Below, piece after piece: positions 1 through 12,526 of a stretch of 64,000 nucleotides of DNA. The DNA is taken from positions 434,001 through 498,000 of the forward strand of contig MU008194.1 of assembly GCA_010909165.1 (NCBI GenBank). Direction: 5' to 3'. Below the pieces are notes generated by a model. It saw only the letters and a list, made by a program, of their open reading frames with translations. It did no database searches and was not told the DNA's origin. The first letter of the stretch is position 1. Every line of letters begins with the position of its first letter. The position numbers and the translations under genes are program-made. This DNA comes from Anthoceros angustus. Lineage: Eukaryota; Plantae; Anthocerotophyta.

Positions 1-3000
1 AAGATTTCGGTACTCACCTGCACGATGCAGTCTACTATGAGGGCACGGATTGCCACGTTCCTGCTGTTTCTCATCAATATCACGAAAGGCTTCAGTATGT
101 CATTCTGGAAGCTGAAATTTGCAAGTTCTGATCGTTCGAGATATTTGATGGCAAGCTGCCTCAATGCATCTATCGAGTACATGGCAATCTGCTCATCCTC
201 GTGGCTCCCGGCGGCAACAAAATGCTGCGCCAGTACACCCCATATCTTTGCCCACACCTGTGCAATACTAAGGCCTTTTAGCAATGTTTCCAGGTAAATT
301 GCCTCGTCCCTCCTGGCAACTGCCAGAAAAACAACCGGCACTCACCATCCTAATGCGGGACATGTTGTAGTAGCTTATTTCGACGAGCTTCTGCAAACTG
401 AAGACACGAGGTGGAATTTGTTGCAATTCGTCGGATGAAGCATAGCAAAGCGCGGTAAAGAACTCCACTATCATGTCACTAGGTAGGCTGGCACTCTTTA
501 CAAATACTTGTTCTGTAGGTCTTCCTGTCAGTTCGACTAAAGATTGCACCAGTGCTGGGTTTCCTCCATGCAAGGGGTTAAATGACGTAGTTGGAGCTGT
601 TGCAAGGTACTCCAACCTCGAGACACATTCTAGAAGGTTGTTCCATGTATCTTGCAAAGCATCAGGCTCATTCTCAATGACCTCCAGCAACGTCTTCAAT
701 GCTTCTACGCTCTTCGCGGACACTTCTTCCGGAGAGTGCATATAGGTGAATCTGCAAGAAGATAGAGCAGAAGATATCAGCCTGGGGTGAAAACTAAACT
801 GTGCAACGTTTTTCAAAGCCCAACAGAAGTGGAATATTGTAAAATTTTCAAGGCCATCCACACCTGAGAAGATAAAATTGCAGACCTTATTAAAGTAGTT
901 AAGATGGCACATCGCATGGCATCCATGGTTAGCACTTTAGTAAGATGTACACCCATTTGAAAACCTTCCATACACAGAGAGATTTGGAAATGGTTGTTGC
1001 TCTTTTCCATTAATGCAGAAAAAGTTGCCAGCAACGGCCAACCAATAGCCTCCAGCATAGGGCGAGCAAGCTCCAGCTGCTTCGCAACATGAAAAACACC
1101 CCTCTTCATCCCTCCTTTCTTCAATAGGTCCTGGGTGTTTTGCACAATACGCTCGCCTTCCACTTTAGTGTCAACAGCTCTCTTTTTGGGTTGTCGAAGT
1201 TTCAGCACACTGACAAGCCTGCTTTTCTCTTCCAGATCCTTTCTCTTCGCCAGATTCTTTACTGTATCACCTTTCAGTTTGATCTCATCCTTGACAATAG
1301 AGTCGTAGATGCCTTCCAGCAGTTCCCTAGGGGCATGTTCTTCCTGGTCACCTGGCTGGCCAGAGTTGATTTTAACGAAGTCAGCCTTGGACATCTTTTC
1401 CTTAACCATAGGATTATGAGCATCTGTGTTGAGCATGATAACAGCGTAGGCCAACACATAGGCAGTGTCAGCGTTCTTGAATAGGCCTGGATTCGTGTTG
1501 CAGAACCTGTCGCACGCTGTGCGTTAGTCTTGCTCTCACCTCGTTATGCTTGCAAAATACCCCAGCTCTCCACATACTTTCCCCATTGTGAACAGTTCGG
1601 CAACCAACTGTTATGTGGGTCTACAAGGGCGTTTCTTGAAACACTGTGCATGAAAGACAAAGAGGGCCAGTCATATTTTCACCGTTCAGCGAATTTCTCC
1701 ATGATACGGTCGATCTTCTGAGCTTCCCCAGGAAGCCTGAATCCGTTTAAGAGCTCCCGTATTGCTTGGTCAAACGCCATGCCAGCAAAATTGAACTGAT
1801 CAATGTAAGCATGCATGACTGACAGCTGAAACGCCTCATGTTGTCCAAGGTAATCACCAATCATAACCTGCAGCAGGAAAACTCAACAAGTCAACCATGA
1901 GAGATTCAGAGGCTGGAAATGCCCCATAGTACGGTATCCTATATGCCAGACGAGTAGGAACTGGACAGCAAGCTTCTACCTTGTCTAACCCTGGAGTAGT
2001 TCGCAGGAATTTAGCAACAGATGTTGGTTCTTTCTCTGCCAGCTTAAATTCAAACAAAGCTTTAACTCCTTTTTCTGGCTTGCGGTTGAACTGCACAGGA
2101 AACAACCTGCACTGACGTTTTACAGTGTCCACTTGAAGCAATTACAGGCTGGAAACGTCCATGTAAAACCTGAGTGTGTGTTTCTTACTAGAAACTAAAA
2201 AACTCATGAGCAAGTGAGCATCACCTCAGCCACAGCAGCCTCCATGGTGGACTTGTGGGCCTTTGCTTTCCCATAGTCAGCTTCACCTCTTGTCGTTCCA
2301 TCCTCCCTGCTTTCCAGCTCAGATGCTTCAACTGCTTCCTTGCCTTTCAATCCCTCCATACCAGTGCTTTCACCCTCAAGTTCCATACTGTCTTGGTGCT
2401 TTATAGTCCACTCCATTAGCGCTCTAAGAACATTCACAAGACACTGCAGATACATCCTAACAACATTTAGCATGCTTGAGTCAAAATGAACCAATGTGTG
2501 AGCAACTCATCCTTTGGAGGAACACGGTGCTATGCCACAATGCACTTCTTGCAATCAAACTACCTCCCTGATCTATCAAATTAGAAAATGTTGCACTGCA
2601 GTCACTCTTTCCTGTAGCTTATCGACCACAACCTTCACTTGAATGCAGTGACAGTCAGCTGAAGGAATTAAAACTATCTCTCTTGCTACAAGTTCACCAC
2701 AGTCATTCCCTGGTGTACCTTATCTAACAAAAAAAACCGTCATCGATTGGCATCATCAGAAGGCTTGAGTACCAAAGAGAAGTCACCTGTAAAGATGAGA
2801 CCTGGTTGACCATCATATGTTCTGCTTCAGGACTATTTGGTTGTGGGAGATCCGAGGTGCCTTGTGCAATCTTTGATAAAGAGTTGACCTGAGGAATTTC
2901 TTGGTTGCTGTGATCCAAGTCACAACTTTACAGCTCCACGCAATGAAAATCAATGAGACCTCACCATGCGTTCAAACAAATTGGTTGCTGCTAAATCGCA

Positions 3001-6000
3001 ATCATAGTTGACAAAGACGTCTGCAAGTAGCTGAGGATCCAAGCACAGGTTCTCAAGCATTCTACAGGAAACAGAATGGAGATATTTCCTCATGGTGGAA
3101 CACCATTTACATGGCACTTGGACTGAGCTCAGAAGCAACAAATCTTATGATCCACTAATGACGGAACAGTATGAAAGGTCATTCAGCTCACAATCGCGCA
3201 AAATATTCCAAGCAACTCCTTACTTCAAAACTGTTGTTTGCTGCTGAAGAGGTGTTTCCAAACTATCTAGTGCTCTCAAAATAACTAAAGGAAAAAAGAC
3301 TGCTACCTCCTCCTGCAAGGAGGTGTTTTTAGGATGAGAATGAAGCTTTATGCACAGGAGAGCTAGCATAGATTACATTTGAAATTAAGACGCCCAGAAA
3401 CGGAACTACCTTCAGGCTTCCTCTACAACGCTGCAGCAATACTGCAAAGATGCTGCAAGAGAGCTGGAAGCAATGTAGTCGTCGATCAGACATGAATATT
3501 CTTAAGGTGCTAACTCAAAAACTGTTCTCCAAGTAACAGACATGAATGTTCTTAAGGTGCTAATTCAAAAAGTGTTCTCCAAGTAACAAAAAAATCAGAT
3601 ACTTGGACAACCTGGAAAATGAGGAAATTTGTCGATACACATGCTCGAAGTAGGGCATAACATAAGTATGCTTTCAAACAATCCAAAAGATGCAGATCAA
3701 GTATGGAACCGAAGTCAACATTCATCAACAGGCTCTGAAATGTGCCATGCAGTATCAGAATGAACGGCTTTCACAGCCACGAACAGCCCTTTTGACGATA
3801 TAACAGACCTGTAAGACCTCAAGAGAAAGGATCCTGGTCTTATCCACAACAATATCGTCACCATCTTTCATGGACATCTGCAAGACAGCCAGTAAATACC
3901 AAACCTCAATATTGTGAACTCGCACAATAATATGAATAGATAAAGAGACATTGTGTGCCCAAAAGGAGTGAAACCTAAGACAGCAAGCAATCTATAGCTC
4001 CCTTCTCCCATGCCCTTACCTCACAGATGGTACGAAAAATTAGCAAAGCATCCTGTTCGTCTATTGTAAAATTGCTTGTGTGCAGCCCACTGGCACAGTA
4101 AACTTGCATCAATTATGACTTGATAATCTGACATCCGGTGACACACAGAACAGTCAGGTCTTCTGAGCTACAAAGGACTTACTTTCCTGTCTTTGCTTGA
4201 CCCTCTGCAAAAACAGCCTGATCCAGTGCAGCCTCAAGACCCTGCCAAGGCCTGAAATTTCTCACATCGGACCATCCGTGAGCAGCAAGAGAGACATTTG
4301 GACGAAACAGCATTTAAACTACAAGGTGTACCACATACCTTAACATTAGAACCTCCAGCAAGGACCTGAAGTTCTTCCAAAGTCAACTTTGAGGTTGGTG
4401 CGGTTTTACCAGAAGTGCTCTTGATGCCCATGCTGACGGCACTAGTTTCTGGCTTATCATCGTCAACAAGAGAAACCCTATTAACGCTGTCTGCCTTTTT
4501 GTGGAAACCTCCACCATCTGGATGACTATTTACTGCCCCCAAAGAACTCTGCACAATTCAAGCTGCACTTTTCTGTAAATAAACAAAGAAGACCCATGGC
4601 TCTCATGCTTCCTGTAGCTTTCAGCAAATGGTCAAGAACATTGACGTATCATGGTCGGGCTGTGCATCAGTTCTTAAGTTAGATTGCTTTTCTCTGTACC
4701 TGTACCTGCACTGGGGACTCAAGCCTCTTGCATTTCACTATGCTCATTTGTGTCAGGGTTGCCTTTGCAGTTGCCTGATTTACAACACTCTTGCTGAAAA
4801 CAATAATGTAGTCATTAATCAGAGTACAGTAACGGAGTACCATTTCAACATGGAATGGTTGTGTGAGGAGTACTGGTATCAGCAAGAGCTTACAAACATC
4901 ATGCTACAAACCTGCTCAATGCAATGTTGTAGCATGTTATCATAGCTGTCAGCAGGCAGCTCCCATGCACTGTGAAAGTGAATACTGAGAGGAGCACTAT
5001 TTCCCCAACGTGGAAGAGAATCAGCCAAGTGCACCAGATAGACCTAGTACCTTCAAATGAGGAAGATGCAACAGCAGTAAGCAGAGCCTTGATCACTTGC
5101 AGCACCATTCTAAGGGACAAACCATAGCCGGAGGTCACCAAACACAGCTACATAAGCCGCAGAGATTTTCTAATAAGTCAAATTGATTATAACTGTTCAA
5201 GAAAAAACTTAATTGCATTCGGAGAATCAAGTGAGTTTGTCTTACGTATCAGATGCATTGTTGTCAGCACAAGCACATATTACATTAAACAACTGAGTTG
5301 TCATGCTTTCGTTTTTCCCGCTGTTCTCAAGACCAGCTACACCTTCCAACAGCCCAAACGCTATAAGTTTCTGTCACAAAACATATGGCAGTATGAAATA
5401 TTATGAAAGTAAAACAAATTATGGAAGGCAGGTGCCAGAACAGCATACTCAAGCACATCAGTCCGACAATTGCAGTAATACTCCTTCACACTCCCAGACT
5501 CTAAAATGGTCAGAACTGCAGCAACCCACTCATCCCGGCAAGATGGGAGTTTAAAATCTCTCCACAGTGGAAGGCACAGACTGCAGACAGTAACGTATAT
5601 TCGTCCCATCAAAGACAAACACCAAGACTTTGAGCACCTACATGAAAACAATCCAAGGCTGTCTCTACGAGCTTGGCTTGCTTGCTTTGGATGGCAAGCC
5701 GCAATGGAAGAACAGCTAGATCAACTTGCAAGTCCTCTGAATTGTTGGCACCTTCAGCCAGCGCCATACCAGCAGCACTTGACGACTTCAAAGGAGGACC
5801 TAACAGCCTTTTGAAAAACGATGGAGTTCCTGCCGCTGAGATGGCCTTCGAGCTATTTGAGGTTCCTGGCCCTTTAGAGTTGATTTCTTCGGACTCGCTA
5901 CAGAGCCAGTCAACAGTCATTCCATGTCAGCAAGAGTGACAGTAATTAGTCTGCACACTGCAATAACACCGACACACTGCAATAACACTCAATCACCAGC

Positions 6001-6267
6001 TGTAGTAGAGATGGTAGATAACCTGTCGTCCTTGGCACCCGTGGTCGAACTCTTCACCGTTTCTACAATCACATCCCCACTCAGATGCAAAATCCATCAT
6101 GAAAATGCTAGAAACAAGCATGCATCGATCCCGCAGGAAAGCGTAGCTGAGTAACAACCTAAGTAAACCTTGATAGCCTCCCGCAAGTCGCCATTTTTCC
6201 TTCCTGTAGCGTCTTTCAGCATTCGCTCGAAGGCCCGAGTGACAAATGACCCCACTGCATCCGCCAT
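1..6267 (-). CDS. BIG5: Sec7-domain ARF guanine-nucleotide exchange factor, BIG5/MIN7-like; multi-exon, 3' end runs off the window
   Basis: ATG at 6267 ([20 protein letters not shown]). Exons encode DCB/HUS motifs ([35 protein letters not shown]) and the Sec7 core ([55 protein letters not shown]). Downstream exons give [17 protein letters not shown] and [25 protein letters not shown] introns. Confidence 0.93.
3489..3588. repeat. 50-bp tandem duplication inside an ARF-GEF intron
   Basis: gacatgaat(a/g)ttcttaaggtgctaa(c/t)tcaaaaa(c/g)tgttctccaagtaaca occurs twice, head to tail. Confidence 0.9.
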
Positions 6268-6639
6268 CTTCGGTAGTTCAAGTCAAGGGATCTTCTCACA
6301 GGAGTGTAACAAACTCCTAGGTCCAGATGCAGTGCAGGCCATTGCTGGTGCGGTGTCTCAAAACCCTAGACTTTCACAAACGTTCTCAGTGCAGTTAAGT
6401 GAGCTCTCAGCTGCTGCTGCTTCCGCGGGTCCTACTCCGGTCCATCGCCCAAAAAACAGTTTTCAGCAGCAGTACCTTTTGCATTTCCCAGCCAGACTCA
6501 TCGAGTAAGCATCCATCACGGTCTCGTGTCTAACAGCATATTGCGAAGGAAAAGGACGGGCTCACAGCAAGTTGCCGCAGCTTCGAGAGCTAATTGTGCT
6601 GAATCATGGCTGCACAGTTTGTTCTGGTCGCGTGAGAGC

Positions 6640-8400
6640 CAGGGCTTGCTATACATGACCCACATCTGGAAGTTCGGGGACAACACGAGCCGCGAGACAG
6701 CGGACACATATGCATGTTTTGCAATTTCGCTTTACACCAGAATTCCGCGAAAGGAAGGAAGAGCACTGGGCACATTGCAATTCACAACATGTTGCATACC
6801 AGGTACTAGGGTCGATTTGCATTCATGTCGAACAGTGCAACTCCGCTCATCTTCCAGTTCACGACATTTTCCATACCCAGATATCAGGGCTTTCCATGTC
6901 ACCGCATACAAGATTCCACGGGCCATACCCAGATATCAGGGCTTTCCATGTCACCGCATACAAGATTCCACGGGGCTTGTGTTTCATTCCGGTGCCTAGG
7001 AATATGCGCAGCTCGGGCATACCGTCTTCCTTTGTGGACGTCCTGTCGTATCACTCTGCGAGCATCCTTCAAGCTCCCACATTTTCCATCGATGCATGGA
7101 AATGTGGGACATTTGTGCACATATGTCCACCGGGCAGTGGCAGACAAACACATCCCCGACAAGCCATATAAGCCAAGAAAGCATACAAAATTATCGATCA
7201 ATTCGGAGTGTGCACCAGTGCTCACACGAGCCTTCGGCAGCCAAGCAAAAATAACACGGTCAGCCGAAATGGCTCCATTGGTCCATACAGAACATGCAGC
7301 AGTGGCCAGGTTCTTGCTCTGCATGCCCACCTTCCATGTCAACACATCCTCTGTGGGTAAGCGGTGAAAAAACCTGCCGTGCATCTCCAAGATCACCACA
7401 TTTGCCACACATGGCCACCAGGCAGCTGCCCAACACTACGTTACCCAGCATTCCTCTTTTGACAACCAGATAGTCCAGCTGCCTGAGGCACTCCATGCCA
7501 CCACATCGTGTGTTCATGTAGTCGAAAACCAGGCATGCATCTTTCAGCTCATCACATTTAGCATACCCAGATATCCGGGCATTCCATGTCCCCACATCGT
7601 ACGTGGCCGTGTTGTTAAAACCATGCGTGCATCATTTCACGACATTTTGCACAGCCAGATACCAGAGCTTTCCATGTCACCACAAGAAAGATTCCAAGGC
7701 GGCTTGTGTTCCAATCTAGTGCCTAGGATATGCGCAGCATGGGCTTCCCGTCATCTGGAATGTTTGAGACTGCTCAATGAATCGGTCAAACAAACATGAC
7801 ACCTGACATGGAAGGAGTGCATTCAGGCTCAGAGCATCTTAGCTTGCAGGAAGATGCCATCAGGAAGCTGTACATAGACCATCAGGAAGCTGCCCAACAA
7901 CTAATGAGTGCAGGTGACTCAGGCATTCCATGCCACCACATTCTCTGTGTGCATCTTCCAGTTCATAACATTCCGCAAACCCACATACCAGAGCATTCCA
8001 TGTCACCACAACCTGTGCAAAACCTGGGCGCATCCTTCAGTTCGCAACATTTTACATACATGCCCACCAGGCAGTTGCCCACCTAGCCTCTACTTTAACG
8101 AGCAATCCTCTTTGGACAATCAGTGGGTTCTGCTGCCTGCGCTTCGGTATGGCACCAGTGCTGTCCACAGGCCTTAAGAAGGAAAGCAATGAACATGGTC
8201 AGCCAAAACGAAGCCCTCCTGCTCCATCTGTCAATACACAACAACCGCTTCATGTTCCAGCCAGTGCTCTCCATGCCCAGCAACCAAGGCAGTCCCTGTA
8301 TCCCACTCGTCCCCACTCGAAAAGCAATCAGGGCAGTCCAGTATCCCACGCAGAGCAATGCCATATGACTCACGATCCTGCACTTCTGTTTTGGCTTATC
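6640..8400 (-). pseudogene. Degenerate PLS-class PPR (RNA-editing factor type) gene with an E-domain-like end
   Basis: Frameshifted fragments: AFLLKACG, GNVVLGSCLVAMCGKCGDLGDARQVF, TWNARISGYAKCDELKDACLVFDYM, GKCGSLKDARRV, VTWKALISGYGKC, and E-like SEIAKHAYVSAVSRL. Many stops and frameshifts, plus a 52-bp internal tandem duplication at 6871-6974. Confidence 0.8.
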
Positions 8401-8799
8401 CCCGAGCTCGACTATCAGGAGAGGCACCGTGACCATCTGCATTTCCAAGAAAACAAAGTGCCCATCAACCCAAGCTAGCTTGAGAGGTAGAGCAAGCTCT
8501 TTAACCACAGGAGAGCATCATGTTTGAACATCATCATCCCGAACCGCGCGACACGCCCACTAACCGAGTGGGTAGAGAGCTGTGCGCGTGGGTGCTGGGT
8601 GTGGATATAGAAAATTTTCCACGGTTGGCAAGCGGAACTGGCATCCCATCTGAAGGCTTATACACCCCATGACCATAGAATCATGACCATGGGTGGGTGA
8701 TGTTTTTGAGATGGATTTGCTACCGAAACACTCAGAAGCTTCGGTTGCACCGACCTTGACAGATTTTTCATACATATGCACACATATGTACTACGTTGT

Positions 8800-11720
8800 G
8801 AAGGCAATGGTCCCATGCCTCCGCCGCCGGCAGGGTATGGGGCTCGTCGTCTTTTATGTACTTATGTCGCACGTGGCGACCACCGACTGCCGTCAGGGTT
8901 CAGGGTTGGAGCCGGCGAGGATGCGGCTTCGCAACTCACATCCATGCATGATGGACCCTTTCGCTTGGTGCATCCTCGCTGGAACGGTTGGCGCTGGGAG
9001 CAAGACGGGCTTCATGTGGTGCCTAGTCCCTGGTCGCGGATGCATACCCATTGGCTATGGGGGCACATGGGCATCTCTTATGTATAACATAGAACCTGGA
9101 GCGCGCAGGTGGAGCCCTTGGAGCGTCTCGCCCGCAAGGGTGCGAGGTCTCGGTTAGACTTCACGAGAGTGGATAGTGTTTGTCCGGACCCTAGAAACGC
9201 GTCTTAAGCGGTTTCTTTCGCTTGACCGCGGGAGTATGCTCGGGTTGCTCGCGCTCTCCGCCCGGAGCCAGTGGGTGACAATCAGCGCCCTTCGTGTCCT
9301 CCATCCGACGTCGGGCGACCCTATTTTAGCGGACATCCAGAACTTCTTCGCTGAGGAGTCTTTTTGCCTGGATAAGGCTATCTTCGGTCGGGTCCTTACC
9401 TCTGCCCCGCGCCTTTCCTCGGGGGGTCTGTCAAGGACGGTCTACGACCATCTCATAGATAATTTTACCCGGAGAATCCTTCTAGCGAGTTCTCGGAGAT
9501 GTTTCTTTTGGCATCTGCGATGGAAAGGGGGGAGACCCCTTCCGGATTGCTCAAGAGTTGGGGGCCAATCGCTTGTTGGCTATGGAGAAGCCCATCCCCA
9601 GGGTCCGCCCTATCGTAGTGCGAGAGGTTTTTTTGCGGTTTGTAAGTTGCAGCATAGCCATCCAGCTTCGGGAGCAATTCCAGGGCTACCTCAGTCCACA
9701 CTCATTCGACATCACTACTCCGAGGGGTGTGAGTATGTGGCTTTTGGAGTTGGGGCGATCCTAGAGTCCCATCCTAATTGGGTCGCATTGCAGGTGCATA
9801 TCGAGAATGCTTTTAACCGGTCTCCGGTGCGGCCATTTTCGACAAGCTCAAGGACGCAGGTGGCAGCTTGCCAGCCTTATCCCTTTTGTCCCCTCCTTCT
9901 ACGGGTCTCCTTCCAATCAATACTTTCAGCATAGGCCCACGGTCGACGGGGTTTTAATGTTGGCTCAACAGGTGGCACCAGGCAAGGAGATCTACTTGGA
10001 GGTGCCCTTTTTGCCATGGCTCATTTACGGGCTCTTTCCATCATTGCCTCCCCGTTTTGGGATTGTTTGTATCCCTCGATGGTGGACCACACCCATATCA
10101 TGGGAGCAGGTGACTAGGTCGAGGGGGCTTTTGAACTCCTCTCTTCGGAGCTCTCCCGCCTCGGTCTGAACATGAAGATTTTGAAGTCTAGGGTCTAGTC
10201 CGCCTCCGGCGTGGTGCCCTGTCTTCAGTATCTTGAGGGGGATATTGCTTCCCCACAGGGTCTTTGTGTTTAGGGGTCCCGGTGGGGCCCCCAGCTTTCA
10301 TACACGAATTCGTAAATGCGGCTTTGCAGAGGACCTAGCATATATTGGCGATCTCTCCCAATTGGGGATCCACATGTGGCGTTTGGTATTTTATCTTCTT
10401 GTTTTGCGCACCGGTCAGGCAATCTCCTCCGCACAGTACCACCCTCCTCGAGGTTCTTGTTCAGCCTGATGAGTTTTGACAGGCACGTTCTGCAGGCGCT
10501 GACCGACATCATCGGCCCGGGCACCTTTGAGTGCGCCGCCGGGGACTTGGCCAGGTGGCAGGCATCCCTCCCCGTCGCGTTTGGGGGCACTGGTCTTTTG
10601 GCCATGGAGCCCTCTACGCCGGCGGCTTCCCTTGGGAGTTAGGCTCTCTCTACCTCCATCCTGGTCTCCCGTTTCTTCATCAGGGACTCTCACATTTTGG
10701 AGTCCATCGTCGCGGGAGTGGAGGAGGGCGTTTTTCCCCGCAGATGTCCCTCCATTTGGCTAGGGGATCCCTACCCATTGAGGCTAGGGCTGCCTTGCCC
10801 TCTTTTGCTACGCTCCCTAAGGTCGGACTTCGCGGGCTTTAAGCGTCCCTCCTAGAGAAGCAATATCGGCAGGCGCAGCTGGCCCTTCTTCGGGACTCGT
10901 CCATCCCAGGGCTGGTCTGCCTGTCTCCGCTCTTGCTCTGGTAAAGAGGCAGGTTCATGGCTTCTTGCTCGGCCTTGCATCCAGGTTTTCCGAATTGCAC
11001 TAGCCTCTTTTTCTGCTGCAATGAGGTTTCGCCTGGGTCCTGGTCCAGCCTTTGGCCTACTCTCTCCCGGCTTGCAGCTGAAGGGCGCCCCTTGATGATT
11101 CGGGGACCCACCTTGCTCGCTGTCCCGCAGGTCGCCAATGCATATAGCTACACACGCTGTTGTTCGTGACGTCATGTTCTCATTGGAAGGGAGGGTGGCT
11201 TCTTTTCTTACAGGGAGCGCCCTTATACTCTACCCAACGGAGTTTCCCTCCGGACGGACCTATTTTTGGCCGGGGGGACCAGGTTTCGGTCGTAGATGTG
11301 GTTGTCACTGACCCTACCTGGGATACCGTCAGTGACCATGTGATCCTCAACCCTCCAGGATGGGCGGCGGAGGGATGCGCCACATCGAAGGCTCGTAAAT
11401 ACTCTCCTATCCAGCATGGGCACGTCTTCATCCCCCTCGCCATCGAGACCCATGGGGCCATGGGCAAGGCCTTTTCTAAGTTCATTAAGGCATGTGCCAG
11501 GGAGTATCACAGCCGTAGGAGTGGGGTTGGCCTCTCTCTTTCCTGTATCGTGGCTTTCTAAGGCAACGGGTGTTCATCGCCCTACATTGGGCGTTGGCCA
11601 ATGTTGTGTACATGACGACGGCAAGCGCGAGGCACGAGGCATCTTCGACACAAGTGGTAGGTAGGCCCTTTCCTATCCCCGATTTTCACATCCTGGGCGC
11701 GGTAGGTAGTTACAAGATTG
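8800..11720 (+). mobile_element. Degenerate non-LTR retrotransposon, CRE clade (RT plus CCHC knuckle plus restriction-like endonuclease)
   Basis: RT motifs across frames: RLLAMEKP..VRPIVVREVFLR, VALQVHIENAFN, LIPFVPSFYG, GTRQGDLLGGALF, LGVPVG, WQASLPVAFGGTGL. C-terminal C-x-C..DDSGTHLARC..H.VVRDV, PDG..VVDVVVTDP, KARKY..FIPLAIETHGAMG. Ends are approximate. Confidence 0.82.
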
Positions 11721-11763
11721 GCGACAATGGGGGTTAGTCCCCCATGGTCTAGTGCCCTTCTAA

Positions 11764-12526
11764 GATCAGCCGTCGCGGCTAGGCCACTGACGGCCTGGCC
11801 GCGCCTGATCGGCCGTCGCGGATAGGCCACTGACGTTGCTCCTTTCCAATCACTACAGTTTCGCCTTCAGCAATTTCCTACGCAAATAGACACTCGACGC
11901 ACGGAAACAACAACAATTTGGCGTATGTGTCCCATCCAACACTTAAGCTGTTTGACGACTCGCTGAATTCCTTGCTCAAGTTTCAGCCATGGCCATTGGT
12001 CACGCCCCGAGCTCTTTCCTTTGGAGTCTAGTCTTTGCTCTCTCCGGCCGCACTTGGTCACCGAGCTAGGTGGCGCCGCACCAACTCCGCACAAAGAATA
12101 AAAAACAAATCACACAAGTTTTCTCCAAATGTGGGTCATGAGAACGGTATTCCATACTCTAACCCGGAAGCACTTTATTTACTTATTTTGATAAATTTAA
12201 ATTTTATATCTTTAGCCCCAACAATATTTTGACTATGGGGTAAGTTCATGCGAATACTAATTTCAAGACTTTCATGTGTGTGCTAGTTTCAAGACTCTTC
12301 ATATTTGCGGTTCGTTCCTATTATTAGAGAAATGTGTGTCATTCTTCGGCACCCGTAGACACCACAATTTGCCTGAAGAACAAATAACCTCAATTGGAAA
12401 ATAATTATCTTCAAAATTGAGTCTATATATAGGTAGTCTACTTCGACAGCAATGTTCTACATGTGAATCAGAGCCTTTATCAAGCGCGGCTAGGCCGTCA
12501 GTGGCCTAGCCGCGACGGCCTTATCA
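11764..12526. repeat. Pair of ~45-bp GC-rich inverted repeats, each containing a hairpin (possible non-autonomous TE termini)
   Basis: 11764-11810 is the approximate reverse complement of 12479-12526. The second copy has a perfect stem cgcggctaggcc-gtcagt-ggcctagccgcg. Confidence 0.6.

Noticed and set aside
6516-6707. DYW deaminase domain at the end of the PPR relic
   Set aside because: No HxE..CxxC or DYW-type terminus is discernible. Only E-like similarity.
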